This document shows, piece after piece, positions 63,631 through 64,000 of a stretch of DNA of 64,000 bases (within the stretch, counting starts at the first letter, position 1; every line of letters begins with the position of its first letter). The notes under the pieces were generated by a model. It was given only the letters and a program-made list of their open reading frames with translations. It was not told the origin of the DNA and did no database searches. Location: IMG/VR virus record IMGVR_UViG_3300004463_000226, positions 124,001-188,000 of that record; one strand, given 5' to 3'. A program made the position numbers and the translations under genes.

Positions 63631-64000
63631 TTATTTTGATAGTGAATCCAAGATATCCCAATTTTTATAGTACTCAAAGAATTTATTAGTCGTAGCAGCT
63701 TTAAGTGAAAGAGTTTGTAACTCACTCTCATCAATGATGTTTGACGGGATAATCCATTGTCCCCATCTATCATTGTCAATACCTACGAAGATTATAACGT
63801 CACAAATATTATTGTATATAGGTCTATATCTTCCATTTTCTAATCTAATTCTATTTTCTGATACTTTATTAAAACTTCTAGCTGGATTTGTAAGGATAAA
63901 TTTAAATGTACCATCTCTACCTTTTGTTGCGGTCATAACTTTTACTTTAACTGTATCATTTAACAATATATCTATAGGCGAAAGCTTGTTTTCATTTTTA
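63631..64000 (-). CDS. 5'-truncated gene; C-terminal PD-(D/E)XK-like domain, apparently degenerate
   Basis: Frame stays open to window edge (..KNENKLSPIDILLNDTVKVKVMTA..CDVIIFVG..WIIP). Confidence 0.5.
   Translation of the reverse strand, partial: KNENKLSPIDILLNDTVKVKVMTATKGRDGTFKFILTNPARSFNKVSENRIRLENGRYRPIYNNICDVIIFVGIDNDRWGQWIIPSNIIDESELQTLSLKAATTNKFFEYYKNWDILDSLSK

Noticed and set aside
1-64000. CRISPR array, tRNA or rRNA
   Set aside because: No regularly spaced repeats or cloverleaf seen; intergenic gaps are short and explained by promoters and terminators
1-64000. Stop-codon reassignment
   Set aside because: TAA, TAG and TGA all end genes followed by SD-bearing neighbours; coding density is already high

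Overview
AT-rich (roughly 30% GC by eye), densely coding 64 kb segment of a phiKZ-related jumbo myophage of the Bacillus AR9/PBS1 type. Strong Shine-Dalgarno sites and a Bacillus-like ClpX zinc finger suggest a Bacillota host. It carries non-virion RNA polymerase subunits (beta N-half, beta-prime C-half, probable sigma-like subunit), a stand-alone virion RNAP beta-prime C-terminal subunit, and a family B DNA polymerase split over two genes about 33 kb apart. Also present are primase, SF2 helicase, probable SSB, SbcC/Rad50-like ATPase, dCMP deaminase, GroEL-like chaperonin, an AAA+ ATPase and the head/tail module (prohead protease, capsid, terminase, sheath, tube, portal). Two phage promoter motifs can be read from the DNA: early TATATATTAT and AR9-like late AACA-N6-TA, plus an AACT variant. 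The most unusual signal is a dispersed, apparently catalytically dead second copy of the large terminase: an ATPase-only paralog at 3073-4119 and a nuclease-domain paralog at 12014-12745, both behind the AACT promoter variant. A Tad1 anti-Thoeris sponge and a stand-alone ClpX zinc-binding domain also stand out. No tRNA, CRISPR array, intron or intein was recognised. All family calls come from motif reading and recall, not database searches.
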